From Pelagomonas calceolata (lineage: Eukaryota): 64,000 bases of DNA. The position numbers and the translations under genes were made by a program. Below are positions 51,895-63,378 of the stretch, in pieces. Location: the NCBI GenBank assembly GCA_918797485.1, contig CAKKNE010000003.1, forward strand, positions 186,001 through 250,000. The letters run 5' to 3'. Every line of letters begins with the position of its first letter. The stretch's first letter is position 1. Below the pieces are notes generated by a model. It made no database searches. It saw only the letters and a program-made list of their open reading frames with translations, and was not told where the DNA came from.

Positions 51895-54800
51895 TTACCC
51901 CCCCTTCTTCGCCTCGCCCGACGCGGCGTCCTGAGCCGTGGACTTCTCGAGGTACGCCAGCGTCTCTTCCCTACCTTTCCGCGCCTCGCCGGCGACGCGG
52001 CCCTGGAGCATGGCGGCGGCGCCGAAGCCGATGTCGGACCGAACCATGCGCTTCGCGGCCGTGCCGTGGGTCTCGGCGGTGGGCGGCATCATCTTGACGG
52101 CGTTCGAAGCTAAAGTACCGACCGTGAGCGCCGCCTTGTACTGCAGCTCCTCGTCCGTCGTGCGCTCTCTTCCGAGACGTAATAACGCCTGGATGCCGCC
52201 CTCCTGGGCGATGGCCACGTGGTTCTCGAAGTTGTCCGCGAGTTTGAGCAGGGCGAGGCCGGCGTAGTGCCGCGGCTCGGCCTGGATGGACATCATGGCG
52301 ACCAACGGTTTGAGCGCACCCAACGTCACGAGAGGTACCTGCAGGTCGCGGTCCGACGCCAGGTGCGCCAGAGCGAAGGCCGAAACCTCCTGGCACTCGA
52401 CGTCTTCCAGGGATGCGATCTGGATGATCTTGGCCAGCGCGCCGTCCTTGGCCAGCTTCGCGTGGCATTCGACGCTTTCTGCCAAGCGCGCGAAGTAGTA
52501 GGCCGCCGCGCGCTTGATCTCGAGGTTCGCGTCGCCCACCACAGCGACCAAAGCGGGAATCGACCCGAGGTCGACCAACTGGGCCTGGACCTCGGCATCT
52601 TCCGCCAAAGACCCAAGAATGTACGTCCCGGCAAACACGCACTCCTCGTCGTGGGACTTGAGCAGGTTCAGCAAGGGTTCTAGACCCTGTTCCCGCGAAA
52701 TGGCCATCTTCGTGATTTTTTGCGGTCCTAATGCGATCGCATTCAACGCTAAAGCGGCACATAATTGCATGCGCGCTTCCGGGAAGCGGCACATGTCCAC
52801 AAGAGGTCTGACAGCACCTTCTTCCACGATCCTTTCTTTGTTCGTGGCGTGGTCGCCGAGCGCCAATGCAGCCAAGGCGAGAGAAGCATACCTTTGAATT
52901 TCCATATCTGGAAACCGCGCGAGGAACATGAGCGGTCGAATGGCGCCAAATTCCACAACTTTCGCCTTGTGTTCGCCACACGAGACGTTGCATAGAGATA
53001 GAGTCGCATATCTCTGACAGGCGACGTCCAAGGACCGGGCGAGCTTGAACAATGCCGGTAGAGAGCCTCCCAATACCGCCCTTGCTCGGACCTCCTCGCT
53101 CTGGGTCAAGCACGCGAAGGCCCGCGCCGTGTCCCGCTGAACCCGCGCGTCGTCCATTTCGCCGACCTTGGCCAGCGTTTCTATCGCACCTTCCCGCACC
53201 AAATCGGACTGCAGATCTAAAGCGTCGGCCAAGTTGGCCAAAGCGAAGACGGCGTCGCGTACGACTTGTAGATCCTCGTACAAGCACAGCAATAATATAG
53301 TAGTAAGGCCACCCTGCCGTATCAGCGACGCCTTGTTCTCGACAGACAACGAGAAAGACGCCAAAGCAGCCGCAGCGGTCCGCTGGAACTCGAGCAACGG
53401 ACTCTGGGCCAATTGCAGGAAAGGAGCCACCATCTGCTCTTTCACGATGTAGACCCGGACTTCCGGGTGCGACGACAGGAACCGCAGGCCCATGGCCGCG
53501 TAGCGCTGGCAGACGTCCTCCTCGGAGTCGCACAAATGCACGAGAGCGTGGAGCGCACCCTGCCGGTAGGCCGTGACGTGGTTTTCTTCGTTGGAAGTGA
53601 CGTTCGCCATGGCCCGCCCCGAGTCCTGCTGGATCTCGTCGTTTTCTACTCTGGCCAGAGTTGCCAGTACCGGCACACAGCCGCCGTTCAGCAGTGAGAT
53701 CTGGTTCTCCGTCTCTTCGGACAGGTTAGCTAACAATCCAGCGATCTGGCACTGGAGATCTTCATTGGCTCTTGGAGCGTTTCTTACTAATGGTACGAGA
53801 CACCCGCCTTCCACCAAAGGTCGCTTCAGCTCGTCGTGCAAGGACAGATGGCGCATCGCCGCCGTCGCGAGGCACTGCAAGGACAACTCGCGACATTTAG
53901 ATAATTGAACCATGGCCTTGATGCCGCCCCGCGCCGCGTACACTAACTTCAGGTGCTCGTTCGCGGCCAAGTCCCTTAGTGCCGTCGCGGCCTGCCGGCG
54001 CGTCGGCACCTCTTTCGAATCCTTGATCTCGAGCAATTGGAAGAGGGCCTCCAACCCACCGTGCTCCATGATGCCTTCGTGCGCGTCGCGGTTCGGCGTG
54101 AGTTTTCGGAAACTGAGAGCAGCGTTGTACTGGCACTCCGCGTCGGGTCCCAGCGCTAGATGGACCAGCCCGGGCAATCCATCCGATATTATGGTAGCTT
54201 GGTGGTGGAAACTCGTCAATAGATTAGCTATGGCCCTTGAAGCTTCTCTGTGAATGTCGACCGCATCATGATCAACAAGAGCGACCATGCACCTTGCGCC
54301 TCCGTAGGCGGCCACATGGGTGTGGGTATGCATGTCTTCCGCTAGGTTGGCCAGCGACCCCATGGCCTGCCGAGCCGCTTCCCGGTCCCCACATTGCGCC
54401 AGATGGACCATGGCCGGCAGGCAGACTTTGGCCACATCCATCCTCACGGAAGGTTCGAGCGTAACGTTGCATAAACAGGCCGCGACCTCGCGCTGGATTT
54501 CTAGCTCTGCTGAGAGACCCGAGGAGGCCAACGAAGGCAACCCACCAGCTTGCACGAAGCGCCGTCTGTTTTCAGGCTCGTTGGTCAATCTCCGTAAAGC
54601 CGCAAAGGCCAGGCACTGCGAGTGGATGTTGTTCGACTGCGACAGGTAGACCAAAGGAGGCACACCACCGGCGCGGCCGATCTGCGCGAGCAAATCAGGA
54701 TCCGAGGCCAAGTTAGCGACGTTGAACGTGGCATATTCGCGCACCGCGGCATCTTGGGAGTCCGCCGCGAGGCGCATCAAGACCTTCAGGGTACCTTTCG

Positions 54801-57800
54801 ACATGACTGCTGGATGATTCGCTTCGTTCGACGTGACGTTCACGAGGCACATCAAAGCTTGTCGTTGGGAATCCACATCGTCATCATTGCACAAATCGAG
54901 CAAAGGTTGCAAGCCACCGTGGACGATGATCTGCACTTGCGTGACCGGGAAGTTCGCCATGTTGCCGAGGCAGATACAGGCGTACCGCCGAATGTCGACT
55001 TCAAAGTCCTTCAACAACCCAAGCGCCGCCTGCAGGCCGCCGCCCTTCGTCGCGACACTTCGGGTCTGGATGTTCGCCGCTAAATTGGATAGGGACATGA
55101 TCGCGAAGCGCTTGCAGTCCACGTCCACCGACCCGCATAACCGTATGAGCGCGGACGTCGCGTTGGCCTGGACCAGGGCCAATTGGTTCGCCGCGGCGCA
55201 GGAGATGTTGTACAAAGCTAATGCTGCTGAACGTTGGACCTCCAACTTGCCGTCTTCCCTAGATGCCATGGCGACCAGCGGTGGCAAAGCACCGGCCCTT
55301 ACCAAAGGTACCCTATTCATCCTATTGGACGCTAAATTACATAGGACGAAGCCCGCAAACCGCGCACATTCCGGGAAGGCCTCGGCGTCCATGGCCATTC
55401 GTATTAATGGGAGGACCGCACCATGTCGGACCACATGCTCCTGGTTCGATTTTTCATTGGTCAAGTTGGACAGGGCCATGGCCGCGTACCTGCGACACAG
55501 TTCCGAGTCCTTGTCGTCCAACATGTCTATCAAAGGTCGGATGCCGTCCAGCTTGACGACCTTGAGCTTATTAGCTTCGTGCACGCAGACGTTACACAGC
55601 GCCATCGACGCGAAGCGCCGCACTTCCGGCGCGCCCGATCGACACGCCTTGATCAACAACTGCAAACCGCCGGCGTCGACGACCTTGGGCTGGTTCGCCG
55701 TATGTGCGGACAGCCGACACAACGCTCGGGCACTGAACTGCTGGCACGAGTCGAACTGCGACTCGAGGAGCGCGATGAGCGGCCCTAATGCGCCTAATCG
55801 GACAATCGTGACCTGGTTCTTCGTGACGGTCGCTAGATTGCCCACAGCGATAGCGGCATCTCGTGCACAGTTCTCTTCCGGATTGGCCATCAAATCAAAT
55901 AAGGCTTGGAGCTCCTCCGGCCCAAACACTCCCACTTGGTTGTCGGGGTGGGCCGAAATACTACAAAGGGCTCGAGCGACGTCCATCTGGATGCCCGCGT
56001 GGGGGACCCTTGACAACCTTACGAGAGGCGCGAACGCGCCGTCTCGCACGAGCGCGAGCTGGTTGTGCGGGTCCTCTGCCAAGTTACCAAGTAAACCAGC
56101 ACACTGCGCCAGCAAGTCCAAGTCCAAACCCTCGTAGGTCCCGATGGTCATGTCCGCTACACTTGCATCAACATTAGCGGCGTCGGACCGGTCGCCCATC
56201 AGACACTCGTAGACCGGCCCCAGGCCGCCTTCCCGCACGATCGGTCGCTTGATTCTCGAAGATAGTGAGAGATGCCGCAACGCCGAGACACCGAGCACTC
56301 TCAACTGCAGATCTCGTTCGCGCGCGACCGCGATCATGCATCTTAACCCACCTTCCTCCGCAAAAGTGACCTTGTGGTCTCGGTTCGTAGCCAACTCCCG
56401 TAGAGCCGCCGCCGCCTGCCTTTGCGTGTCCACATCGGTCAGACCGACTAATCCAATGAGGGGTTGTAAGCCACCCTTCGCTATGATCGTATCGTGGTTG
56501 GCAAAGTTCGGGGTGAGTTTCCGGAAGCACAGCGCAGCATTATAGAGGCACTCCTGGTCCCGCGAGGCTGCTACACTGAATAGAGATCGTAAGCCGTCCT
56601 CCGCCAAGAATAAACTGTGAGACGCTTCCGACGTCAATAGATTGGAAACAGCTCGGGCCGCTTCCCTATGAACAGAGACGTGCCTCGACCGCATCAAATA
56701 GATCAGAATGTGCATGCCGTTCAGGTGGTGTCCTATCGCTCTATGGGTCATGGGGTCCTCGGCCACATTCGCGACCGCGCCGTTCGCGAAGCGGGCGACC
56801 TCCACGTCCGGCGACTGGGCCATTTCCAGTAAAGGTTGGGCTGCCCCCGACAGGATGATGTCGCTGCGATTATCGTCAGCTAGAGCTAAGTGACATAAGC
56901 AGGCCGCGACTTCCCGCTGCGTTTCGAGGTCCTTCACTAACGCAGCCGTTGCCAAGGGTACCAGAGCACCCTCGAGCACGATCTGCCTCCGAGACTCCGC
57001 ATGCGTCGACAGATGTCTGAGACAAGCACAGGCCTGGCACCGCGCGTGTTGATCTTCCTCGCCGCACAGCGCAACGAGAGGCTTGAGGATACCCCCCGAG
57101 ACCATGATTTCATGGTTGGAATTCCTGGTAGCCATCTTGTTGCACGCGTAGACGGCGTTGAACCTCGTTTCTAAGTCAAGATCGGCGTCCATGCTATCAA
57201 CTAATCGCGCCAACGCTCCCGCCGCGAGCACCTGGTCGTGGTTTTCATGCTGCGCCAGCAAATTACCTAGGGCCAAACACGCGTACCGCCGCGCTTCCAA
57301 ATCATAACCCATCTCGTCGACCAACTTCATCTCGTCCAGTGCCTCGTCATTCTCCGCGTGCTCGTCGTCACCGAGTAACGCGGCCGTCGTCTTCATCTGC
57401 GGGCCCGTGCCCGGCGCCGGCGCGGGCGCCGGTTCAATTTCCTTGGAGACGGAGGGCGCGCCATCTTCATCTACTCGAGTCCAAATTCTCTCACCACCGC
57501 CCGCCAGGTCCACCAACACGTCGACGCAGGCCTTGTCCTCCATGAGGCGAGCGTGGCACTTCGCGTTCGTCGCTAAGTTCAATAACCCAATGGTAGCGAA
57601 CCGAGCAACCACCGCATCATCCCGTTCGGCCGCTCTCACTAAAGCGACGCTACTATCAGAATCTAAAACAACATCATGCGTCGCGTGGTTCGCTGCTAGA
57701 TTCGACAAGCAGCGCGACACCTCGCGGACCATGCCCACGTCGCCGTTGTACAGCACGAGATCATTCAGGAACGCGACAGAAGCGTCGGCGATCCAGGGCT

Positions 57801-60800
57801 CGTCGTCGGTCTTCACCGTTTCGGTCAGGGACATGTCTCCCGCCGCGTTCGCCTGCTCCGCCAGGGCCTGGGGGTTCGTGCCGCCCGCGGCCAGGATGGG
57901 CATGTGCGTCTTCGTGCACTCTGACAAATTAGCTAGAGCGCCGCAGACTTGCCTCAATGTCGGAACGTCGTCGTCGCGCGCTAGGGCTACGAGCTGTGTG
58001 AGTGCATCAGACGTCGCCATGTCCACCTTGTTCAGGTCGTTCAAGGATAGTGAGTTGAGAGCGGCAGCCGCCTCGCGCCGCACCCAGACGTCCTCGTTCC
58101 TGGCGGCCAAGCCAAGAGCTTCGAGGGCGCCCGCGACGATGATCTGTCGTCTAGCTTTCGGCGACGAGGACAGCCCTCTCAATGTCGAAACGGCCGCTTT
58201 GACATCGGCGGCCTCCTCGGAGCAGGCCAAGGAAATGATGGGAGGCAGTCCGCCTTCGTCCACGATGGTCGGTCTCCGAGCTTCATCAACAGATAAGTTA
58301 CATAAAGCATAAGCGATGCACCGTTGGGTCTCCAAATCCGCAGCGTTGCCGACGGTCACCAAAGGTGCGAGCGCACCACCTTCCACAATTTCATCTTGTA
58401 GAGTCTCATCCGCAGCAACATTACCCAACGTAACGGCAGCAAACAATCTGTAAGTCGTATCCGCGGAACATAAGAAAGAAATCAACGTTTCCACATCCAG
58501 CGCGTCCATGAATTTCTTCGGCTGGTCGCCAATACACCCACAAAGCGACAGGTTACATAAGCACGCCAGGACTTCCATCTGAACTTCGACGTCCGTAGAC
58601 TTCGTGAGAGCGAGTAGCGGCTCCAAGGCGCCGCGCTGCACGATCTGCACGCGTAGCTCCGCATCGGTAGACAACCCTCGTAACGCCTGGACGCCCCTCA
58701 ATTGCGCTTGGGGATCAGGCGACGCCGCGAACCCGATCAATGGACCGAGGCAGTGCGCGTCCAAAATCTCTTCGTGGTTCGCCGGGTTCGCGCAGAGATT
58801 CGCAATCGCGAAGCACGCCGCGTTTCTTATTTGAGAATCCTCGTCATCGAGTAGAGCCGCCAATAACTCTATCAACGAAGCCTGGACCAATTGGGCATGG
58901 TTCGCCCTTGTAGCAGCCACATTGCACAAAGCGAACACCGCATACCTCTGCGAATCCAAATCACCGTTATCCCGCCGCGCCAACGATATAATAGGTTGTA
59001 AAGCCCCAGCTTGCATGATCTTTGGCTGATTGCCCATGTTCGTGGCCAAATTGGCGATGCCCATGGCCGCATATCGTTGGCAGAGGAAGTCCGGCGAGCT
59101 TAATGTGGGTACGAGCGGTAGCAACGCTCCTGCAGCCACAATGGCCGCGGTGTGCGAGTACTCCGCACTTAGGTTCCCGATAGCTCGTACGGCTTCCCTT
59201 TGCACATCGACGGACTTCGAACGAAGCACATATTTCAAATGTTGCAGCAACCCCGTCTCGATCATCGGGCCCTGGTTCTCCAACGCTTCGGCCAAGTTCG
59301 CGAGGACGCCGCACGACTGGTGAGCTATTTCGACGTCCAACGAATGGGCAAATTTGATCAATACGTCCATGCCGCCCTCGCGTACAATCGAAATCTTGTT
59401 CTGCTCCGATAAGGATAGGTTCCTTAAAGCTGCGGCCAATTCTCTTTGCACTTCTATGGAGTCGGAGTCTGCTAAAGCTAACAATGGCTGCAGGCCCTTC
59501 ATCTCGACGAACTGGAAGCGGCACTTCGGGGTTAGCGAGAGCTGCCGCACGGCCAAGCACGCTTGCAAGTGCGTGTCCTGGTCCTTGTCCTTGATGAGCG
59601 CGACTAACGGTCGGAGGACGCCCATCCGCTCCAGCACTCTATGATTCTTCTCGTTCGACGCCACATTATTCAGACCGAAGGCCGTGCACCGCCTCGTCTC
59701 CAAATCGTCGCAGACCGCCAGCGGCAGTAACGAGGCAATCGCGCCGCTGTCGAACAGCTCCTGGTGGTTCGCCGTGACAATCGCCAAATTGCCGATGCCC
59801 AGGCAGCCGAACCTCCTCGATACGGTGTCCTCGCCCCTTGCGAATTGCACTAAACATGGCACAGAACCAGCTCGCTGTAGAGCAGCATGCGAGTCGCGCT
59901 TCGCCGCGAATAAAGCCATGGCCCTCGCTACCTCCCTTCTTACCTCGGGATCTTCCGACGACGCGAGATTCAGTAAATACCGCAAGGACCCTTCGTCGAC
60001 CAGGCGCCGTTGCGTCCTGCCTTCGACCATCTCCGCGAGATTGGCCAAGCAGGCGCACGCGTGCGTCTCTCGCACCACATCTCTGGACTGCATCAGCGCT
60101 ATCAACGCACCGACGACGCCACTCCGGGCCATCGTCACCTTGTTTTCTTCGGCGAGTGCTAGATTACACAAAGCGGCAGCTACTTCGCGCTGCACTTCTA
60201 CACTTTCGGACTGCACCGCCAGAATCAGCGGTTCGAGGGCGCCCTCCCGCACCAGTTGCAATCTAATGGTCTGGTGCGTCCCCAATCCCCTAATGGCGGC
60301 AATGGCCTGGAACTGGACGTCGACGGCCGACGCGTCGGTCGACGGGAACGCGTACCTGATCAATGTTTTCAAACAACCTTCTCTCACGATGCCTTCCAGG
60401 TTTTCGGAGTTCGCACATAAATTACCGATCGCGAAGATCGAGTACTGCCGACACTTCACATCTCGGTGGGCGCCGAACTGCGCCAGTACCGGTAACGCCT
60501 CGGCCATCAACTGGGGGTGGTTCGTCTGGCACACCGCCAGATTCGCCAGAATCAGTAAACAGTAGCGCACACACTCGAAGTCCGACTTGGACTTGGCATC
60601 GAGCGCTAACGTCGCTTCACCCACGACCGGCTCGAGAATCCCGGCCGCGATCATCTTCGGCTGATTTTGTAAATTCGAGGCGAGGTTACATAAGGCCATG
60701 GCGGCCATGCGCTGGCACCGTTCCTCTTCGGACCGCAACATGATCATGAGGTAGCGCTGCGCTCCTGCCCTTAAGATTTCATCGCCGTACTCGATGTTCG

Positions 60801-63378
60801 CCGCGAGGTTGCCCATGGCCCGCGCCGCCTCGCACTGGACTAAGGGAGCATGGCCCACGAGCACCTCCATCAACGCCGGGACCGGGTTGTGGTCCATGAT
60901 CAAAGACGTGTTCTCCACGACCTCACAGAGATTGGCCAAAGCACAACAGGCCATCCTTGCGGTCTCGACATTCGCGTCGCGAATTGCAGCAATCACAGGA
61001 GGCAGTCCGCCATTCTTCGCGATGTCGACTTTATTTTCTTCCGCGAACGATAGCGTACAAATCGCGGGGATGACCTCGACCTGGATCTCGGGCTCATCTG
61101 TTCTAGCTAAGTAGAGTACAGGTTCCAAACCACCTTCATCAGTAACTTGTTTTCTCACGTCGGCATTTTGCGCGACCTTCACCAGGGCGTAGGCCGCATA
61201 TTGCCTCACTTCGGCGTCCGGCGCGTTCGACAATGAAATCAACAGAGGCAGCATGCCTTCCGACACGAAGGCGGCGTGGTTGTCTACGGTACTAGCCTGG
61301 TTCGCAATCGCTAACACGGCATACCTCTGGATTTCTAATTCTATATCTTCGGAGCGAGCTAACGTACAGAGCGGTTCGAGCACGCCAGAGTCCATGAGTG
61401 GTACCCGATGTCGTTCCTGCGTACATAAATTACCAATGCCCAACGCGCCGACGCGCTGACAAGCCGTATCTTGCGACAACAAGTAAGATATGAGTAGCTG
61501 GTGCCCGCCGCCCCTAACGATCATGTCAGAAGTTTCGCTATCCGAAGCACACAAGTTAGCTAACAACCGCCCGGCTTCCCGCTGCACCTCCACATACCGC
61601 GACCGCATGACCTGGATCGTCGGCCGCACGCCGCCCTCCCTGGCAATGATCTCCTGGTTTTCTGCCATTTCCGCTAAATTAGCTAAACACGCACACGCTT
61701 GCGCGGCGATGATCATGTCGTCGGATTGACTGTGGGTGATCAGGGGCGGCACGGCGCCACATTTCGCGATCTCGAACTTGTTCTCATCTCCTAGTGACAA
61801 GTTATTTAATCCCGCACACACTTCTCGGAGGATCTCCACGTCTTCCGACGCTAACAACCTAGTAAGCGGCTCCAAACCGCCCTCCTGCACGACCTTCATC
61901 TTGTTCTCCGTACTTACGGAGAGACCTCGCAAGGCCGCGGCCGCCTGCTGGTGGACGTCGGGGTCCGACGCGTACGCCAATGTGATCAGCGGCTGCAGGC
62001 CGCCCTGCTCGACCATGATGGCGTGGTTTCCTACCGCGCACGACAGATTCGCCAGAGCGCAGCCCACATAATACTGGGACATGACGTCGGCCGAGTTCGA
62101 CAAAGAAAATAAAGCGTGCAGCACGCCCTCCTCGATCATGACGGCGTGGTTTGCGACGGTCGCTGACAGATTGGCCAGTGCCAAGACGGCGTAGCGCCGC
62201 CCCTCGAGCTGGCCCGTCGGGTTGTGGGCTAGAGCGACTAACGGCCTAATAGCACCGGCCTGCACCACCTTAATCTGCGAGGCGATCGTCGTGGCCAGAT
62301 TCGCCAAACATAAAGCGGAGAAGCGTTGACAATTAATATCGTCGATCTCGAGGGCTTTGACCATCGGTAATAAGACACCTTCCTTGAGCAGAGTCTGCTG
62401 GACGTCGGCGTTGGCGGCTAAATTAGCGATGGCTCGACTCGCTTCGCCTTTGGTGTTCGTGTCCTCTGAGAGAGCTAAGGCGACGAGCGGGGCCAAGCCT
62501 CGCTCTTCTAGGAGTCTCCCGTGCAGTTCCGCGAGCTCCACCAAGTTCGCCACCGAGCAACACGCGTGCCGCTCCGTCTCGACGTCTCCCGACAAGAGCA
62601 TGGCGATGATCGTGGAGATGCTTCGATCGCAGATCTCCATCTTGTTCTCTTCTACGGAAGACAAACAGTTCAATGCCGCCGACACCTCTCGCAGCACCTC
62701 AATCTCGTCGGTTCGAGCCATCAACACAATAGGATCCAACACGCCCTCTTGCACGACGAGAGGTCTATAGTGGGGCGTGATACATAGACCTCGCAAGGCG
62801 CTCATGGCCTGGCGCTGCGCGTTCAGGTCCTCACAACAAGCTAAAGCCACGAGTGCGGCAGCGCCGCCCTCGTCGACGATCTGCTGTCTATGATTGGCGT
62901 TCGCCGCGAGATTTGATAATGCAAAGGCCGCGTACCTCCCTGATTCTATATCCTCCGTTTTCAAGAGGCACATGAGCGCGTTAATGCCTTCGCTCTTGAC
63001 GATTTCTTCGTGGTTCATCGGTTCCGCGGCTAAATTCCCAAGGGCCATGGCGCAATACTGCCGTCCTATCAGATCATTGCCTTCGGCCGCCGTATAGTCG
63101 ACTAGCGTCGTGAGACATCCCTCGGCGACGATCGCTAGGCGGTTGTACGACGCCGACGCGCAGTTCCCGATCGCCAGCGCCGCGAAGCGCTGGGCCTCGT
63201 TGTCCTGGGAACCGGCTAACAGGTTTACTAAAGATTTGATGCCGCCCTTTTTCACGATGCGCTCGTGTAACTCCGTATGCGTCGAGAGGTCGCACAACCC
63301 GAAGGCGACCTCCTTCTGCTCGCGCGGCCGTCGGACGCGGCGGCCCTTGGCGATGAGGGCCTCGAGGACCTTCGCCAT
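51895..63378 (-). CDS. Giant armadillo-repeat protein (Vac8-like repeats), 3827 aa
   Basis: One uninterrupted ORF made almost entirely of ARM repeats (GGLxPLxxL..D.E.QR.AA.ALxNL). Confidence 0.92.
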   Translation of the reverse strand: MAKVLEALIAKGRRVRRPREQKEVAFGLCDLSTHTELHERIVKKGGIKSLVNLLAGSQDNEAQRFAALAIGNCASASYNRLAIVAEGCLTTLVDYTAAEGNDLIGRQYCAMALGNLAAEPMNHEEIVKSEGINALMCLLKTEDIESGRYAAFALSNLAANANHRQQIVDEGGAAALVALACCEDLNAQRQAMSALRGLCITPHYRPLVVQEGVLDPIVLMARTDEIEVLREVSAALNCLSSVEENKMEICDRSISTIIAMLLSGDVETERHACCSVANLVELAELHGRLLEERGLAPLVALALSEDTNTKGEASRAIANLAANADVQQTLLKEGVLLPMVKALEIDDINCQRFSALCLANLATTIASQIKVVQAGAIRPLVALAHNPTGQLEGRRYAVLALANLSATVANHAVMIEEGVLHALFSLSNSADVMSQYYVGCALANLSCAVGNHAIMVEQGGLQPLITLAYASDPDVHQQAAAALRGLSVSTENKMKVVQEGGLEPLTRLLASEDVEILREVCAGLNNLSLGDENKFEIAKCGAVPPLITHSQSDDMIIAAQACACLANLAEMAENQEIIAREGGVRPTIQVMRSRYVEVQREAGRLLANLCASDSETSDMIVRGGGHQLLISYLLSQDTACQRVGALGIGNLCTQERHRVPLMDSGVLEPLCTLARSEDIELEIQRYAVLAIANQASTVDNHAAFVSEGMLPLLISLSNAPDAEVRQYAAYALVKVAQNADVRKQVTDEGGLEPVLYLARTDEPEIQVEVIPAICTLSFAEENKVDIAKNGGLPPVIAAIRDANVETARMACCALANLCEVVENTSLIMDHNPVPALMEVLVGHAPLVQCEAARAMGNLAANIEYGDEILRAGAQRYLMIMLRSEEERCQRMAAMALCNLASNLQNQPKMIAAGILEPVVGEATLALDAKSKSDFECVRYCLLILANLAVCQTNHPQLMAEALPVLAQFGAHRDVKCRQYSIFAIGNLCANSENLEGIVREGCLKTLIRYAFPSTDASAVDVQFQAIAAIRGLGTHQTIRLQLVREGALEPLILAVQSESVEVQREVAAALCNLALAEENKVTMARSGVVGALIALMQSRDVVRETHACACLANLAEMVEGRTQRRLVDEGSLRYLLNLASSEDPEVRREVARAMALFAAKRDSHAALQRAGSVPCLVQFARGEDTVSRRFGCLGIGNLAIVTANHQELFDSGAIASLLPLAVCDDLETRRCTAFGLNNVASNEKNHRVLERMGVLRPLVALIKDKDQDTHLQACLAVRQLSLTPKCRFQFVEMKGLQPLLALADSDSIEVQRELAAALRNLSLSEQNKISIVREGGMDVLIKFAHSLDVEIAHQSCGVLANLAEALENQGPMIETGLLQHLKYVLRSKSVDVQREAVRAIGNLSAEYSHTAAIVAAGALLPLVPTLSSPDFLCQRYAAMGIANLATNMGNQPKIMQAGALQPIISLARRDNGDLDSQRYAVFALCNVAATRANHAQLVQASLIELLAALLDDEDSQIRNAACFAIANLCANPANHEEILDAHCLGPLIGFAASPDPQAQLRGVQALRGLSTDAELRVQIVQRGALEPLLALTKSTDVEVQMEVLACLCNLSLCGCIGDQPKKFMDALDVETLISFLCSADTTYRLFAAVTLGNVAADETLQDEIVEGGALAPLVTVGNAADLETQRCIAYALCNLSVDEARRPTIVDEGGLPPIISLACSEEAADVKAAVSTLRGLSSSPKARRQIIVAGALEALGLAARNEDVWVRREAAAALNSLSLNDLNKVDMATSDALTQLVALARDDDVPTLRQVCGALANLSECTKTHMPILAAGGTNPQALAEQANAAGDMSLTETVKTDDEPWIADASVAFLNDLVLYNGDVGMVREVSRCLSNLAANHATHDVVLDSDSSVALVRAAERDDAVVARFATIGLLNLATNAKCHARLMEDKACVDVLVDLAGGGERIWTRVDEDGAPSVSKEIEPAPAPAPGTGPQMKTTAALLGDDEHAENDEALDEMKLVDEMGYDLEARRYACLALGNLLAQHENHDQVLAAGALARLVDSMDADLDLETRFNAVYACNKMATRNSNHEIMVSGGILKPLVALCGEEDQHARCQACACLRHLSTHAESRRQIVLEGALVPLATAALVKDLETQREVAACLCHLALADDNRSDIILSGAAQPLLEMAQSPDVEVARFANGAVANVAEDPMTHRAIGHHLNGMHILIYLMRSRHVSVHREAARAVSNLLTSEASHSLFLAEDGLRSLFSVAASRDQECLYNAALCFRKLTPNFANHDTIIAKGGLQPLIGLVGLTDVDTQRQAAAALRELATNRDHKVTFAEEGGLRCMIAVARERDLQLRVLGVSALRHLSLSSRIKRPIVREGGLGPVYECLMGDRSDAANVDASVADMTIGTYEGLDLDLLAQCAGLLGNLAEDPHNQLALVRDGAFAPLVRLSRVPHAGIQMDVARALCSISAHPDNQVGVFGPEELQALFDLMANPEENCARDAAIAVGNLATVTKNQVTIVRLGALGPLIALLESQFDSCQQFSARALCRLSAHTANQPKVVDAGGLQLLIKACRSGAPEVRRFASMALCNVCVHEANKLKVVKLDGIRPLIDMLDDKDSELCRRYAAMALSNLTNEKSNQEHVVRHGAVLPLIRMAMDAEAFPECARFAGFVLCNLASNRMNRVPLVRAGALPPLVAMASREDGKLEVQRSAALALYNISCAAANQLALVQANATSALIRLCGSVDVDCKRFAIMSLSNLAANIQTRSVATKGGGLQAALGLLKDFEVDIRRYACICLGNMANFPVTQVQIIVHGGLQPLLDLCNDDDVDSQRQALMCLVNVTSNEANHPAVMSKGTLKVLMRLAADSQDAAVREYATFNVANLASDPDLLAQIGRAGGVPPLVYLSQSNNIHSQCLAFAALRRLTNEPENRRRFVQAGGLPSLASSGLSAELEIQREVAACLCNVTLEPSVRMDVAKVCLPAMVHLAQCGDREAARQAMGSLANLAEDMHTHTHVAAYGGARCMVALVDHDAVDIHREASRAIANLLTSFHHQATIISDGLPGLVHLALGPDAECQYNAALSFRKLTPNRDAHEGIMEHGGLEALFQLLEIKDSKEVPTRRQAATALRDLAANEHLKLVYAARGGIKAMVQLSKCRELSLQCLATAAMRHLSLHDELKRPLVEGGCLVPLVRNAPRANEDLQCQIAGLLANLSEETENQISLLNGGCVPVLATLARVENDEIQQDSGRAMANVTSNEENHVTAYRQGALHALVHLCDSEEDVCQRYAAMGLRFLSSHPEVRVYIVKEQMVAPFLQLAQSPLLEFQRTAAAALASFSLSVENKASLIRQGGLTTILLLCLYEDLQVVRDAVFALANLADALDLQSDLVREGAIETLAKVGEMDDARVQRDTARAFACLTQSEEVRARAVLGGSLPALFKLARSLDVACQRYATLSLCNVSCGEHKAKVVEFGAIRPLMFLARFPDMEIQRYASLALAALALGDHATNKERIVEEGAVRPLVDMCRFPEARMQLCAALALNAIALGPQKITKMAISREQGLEPLLNLLKSHDEECVFAGTYILGSLAEDAEVQAQLVDLGSIPALVAVVGDANLEIKRAAAYYFARLAESVECHAKLAKDGALAKIIQIASLEDVECQEVSAFALAHLASDRDLQVPLVTLGALKPLVAMMSIQAEPRHYAGLALLKLADNFENHVAIAQEGGIQALLRLGRERTTDEELQYKAALTVGTLASNAVKMMPPTAETHGTAAKRMVRSDIGFGAAAMLQGRVAGEARKGREETLAYLEKSTAQDAASGEAKKGG

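Noticed and set aside
55601..55613. GCCATCGACGCGA copy inside the ARM gene
   Set aside because: It encodes normal ARM residues (FASMA) with no insertion, so it is probably coincidental.
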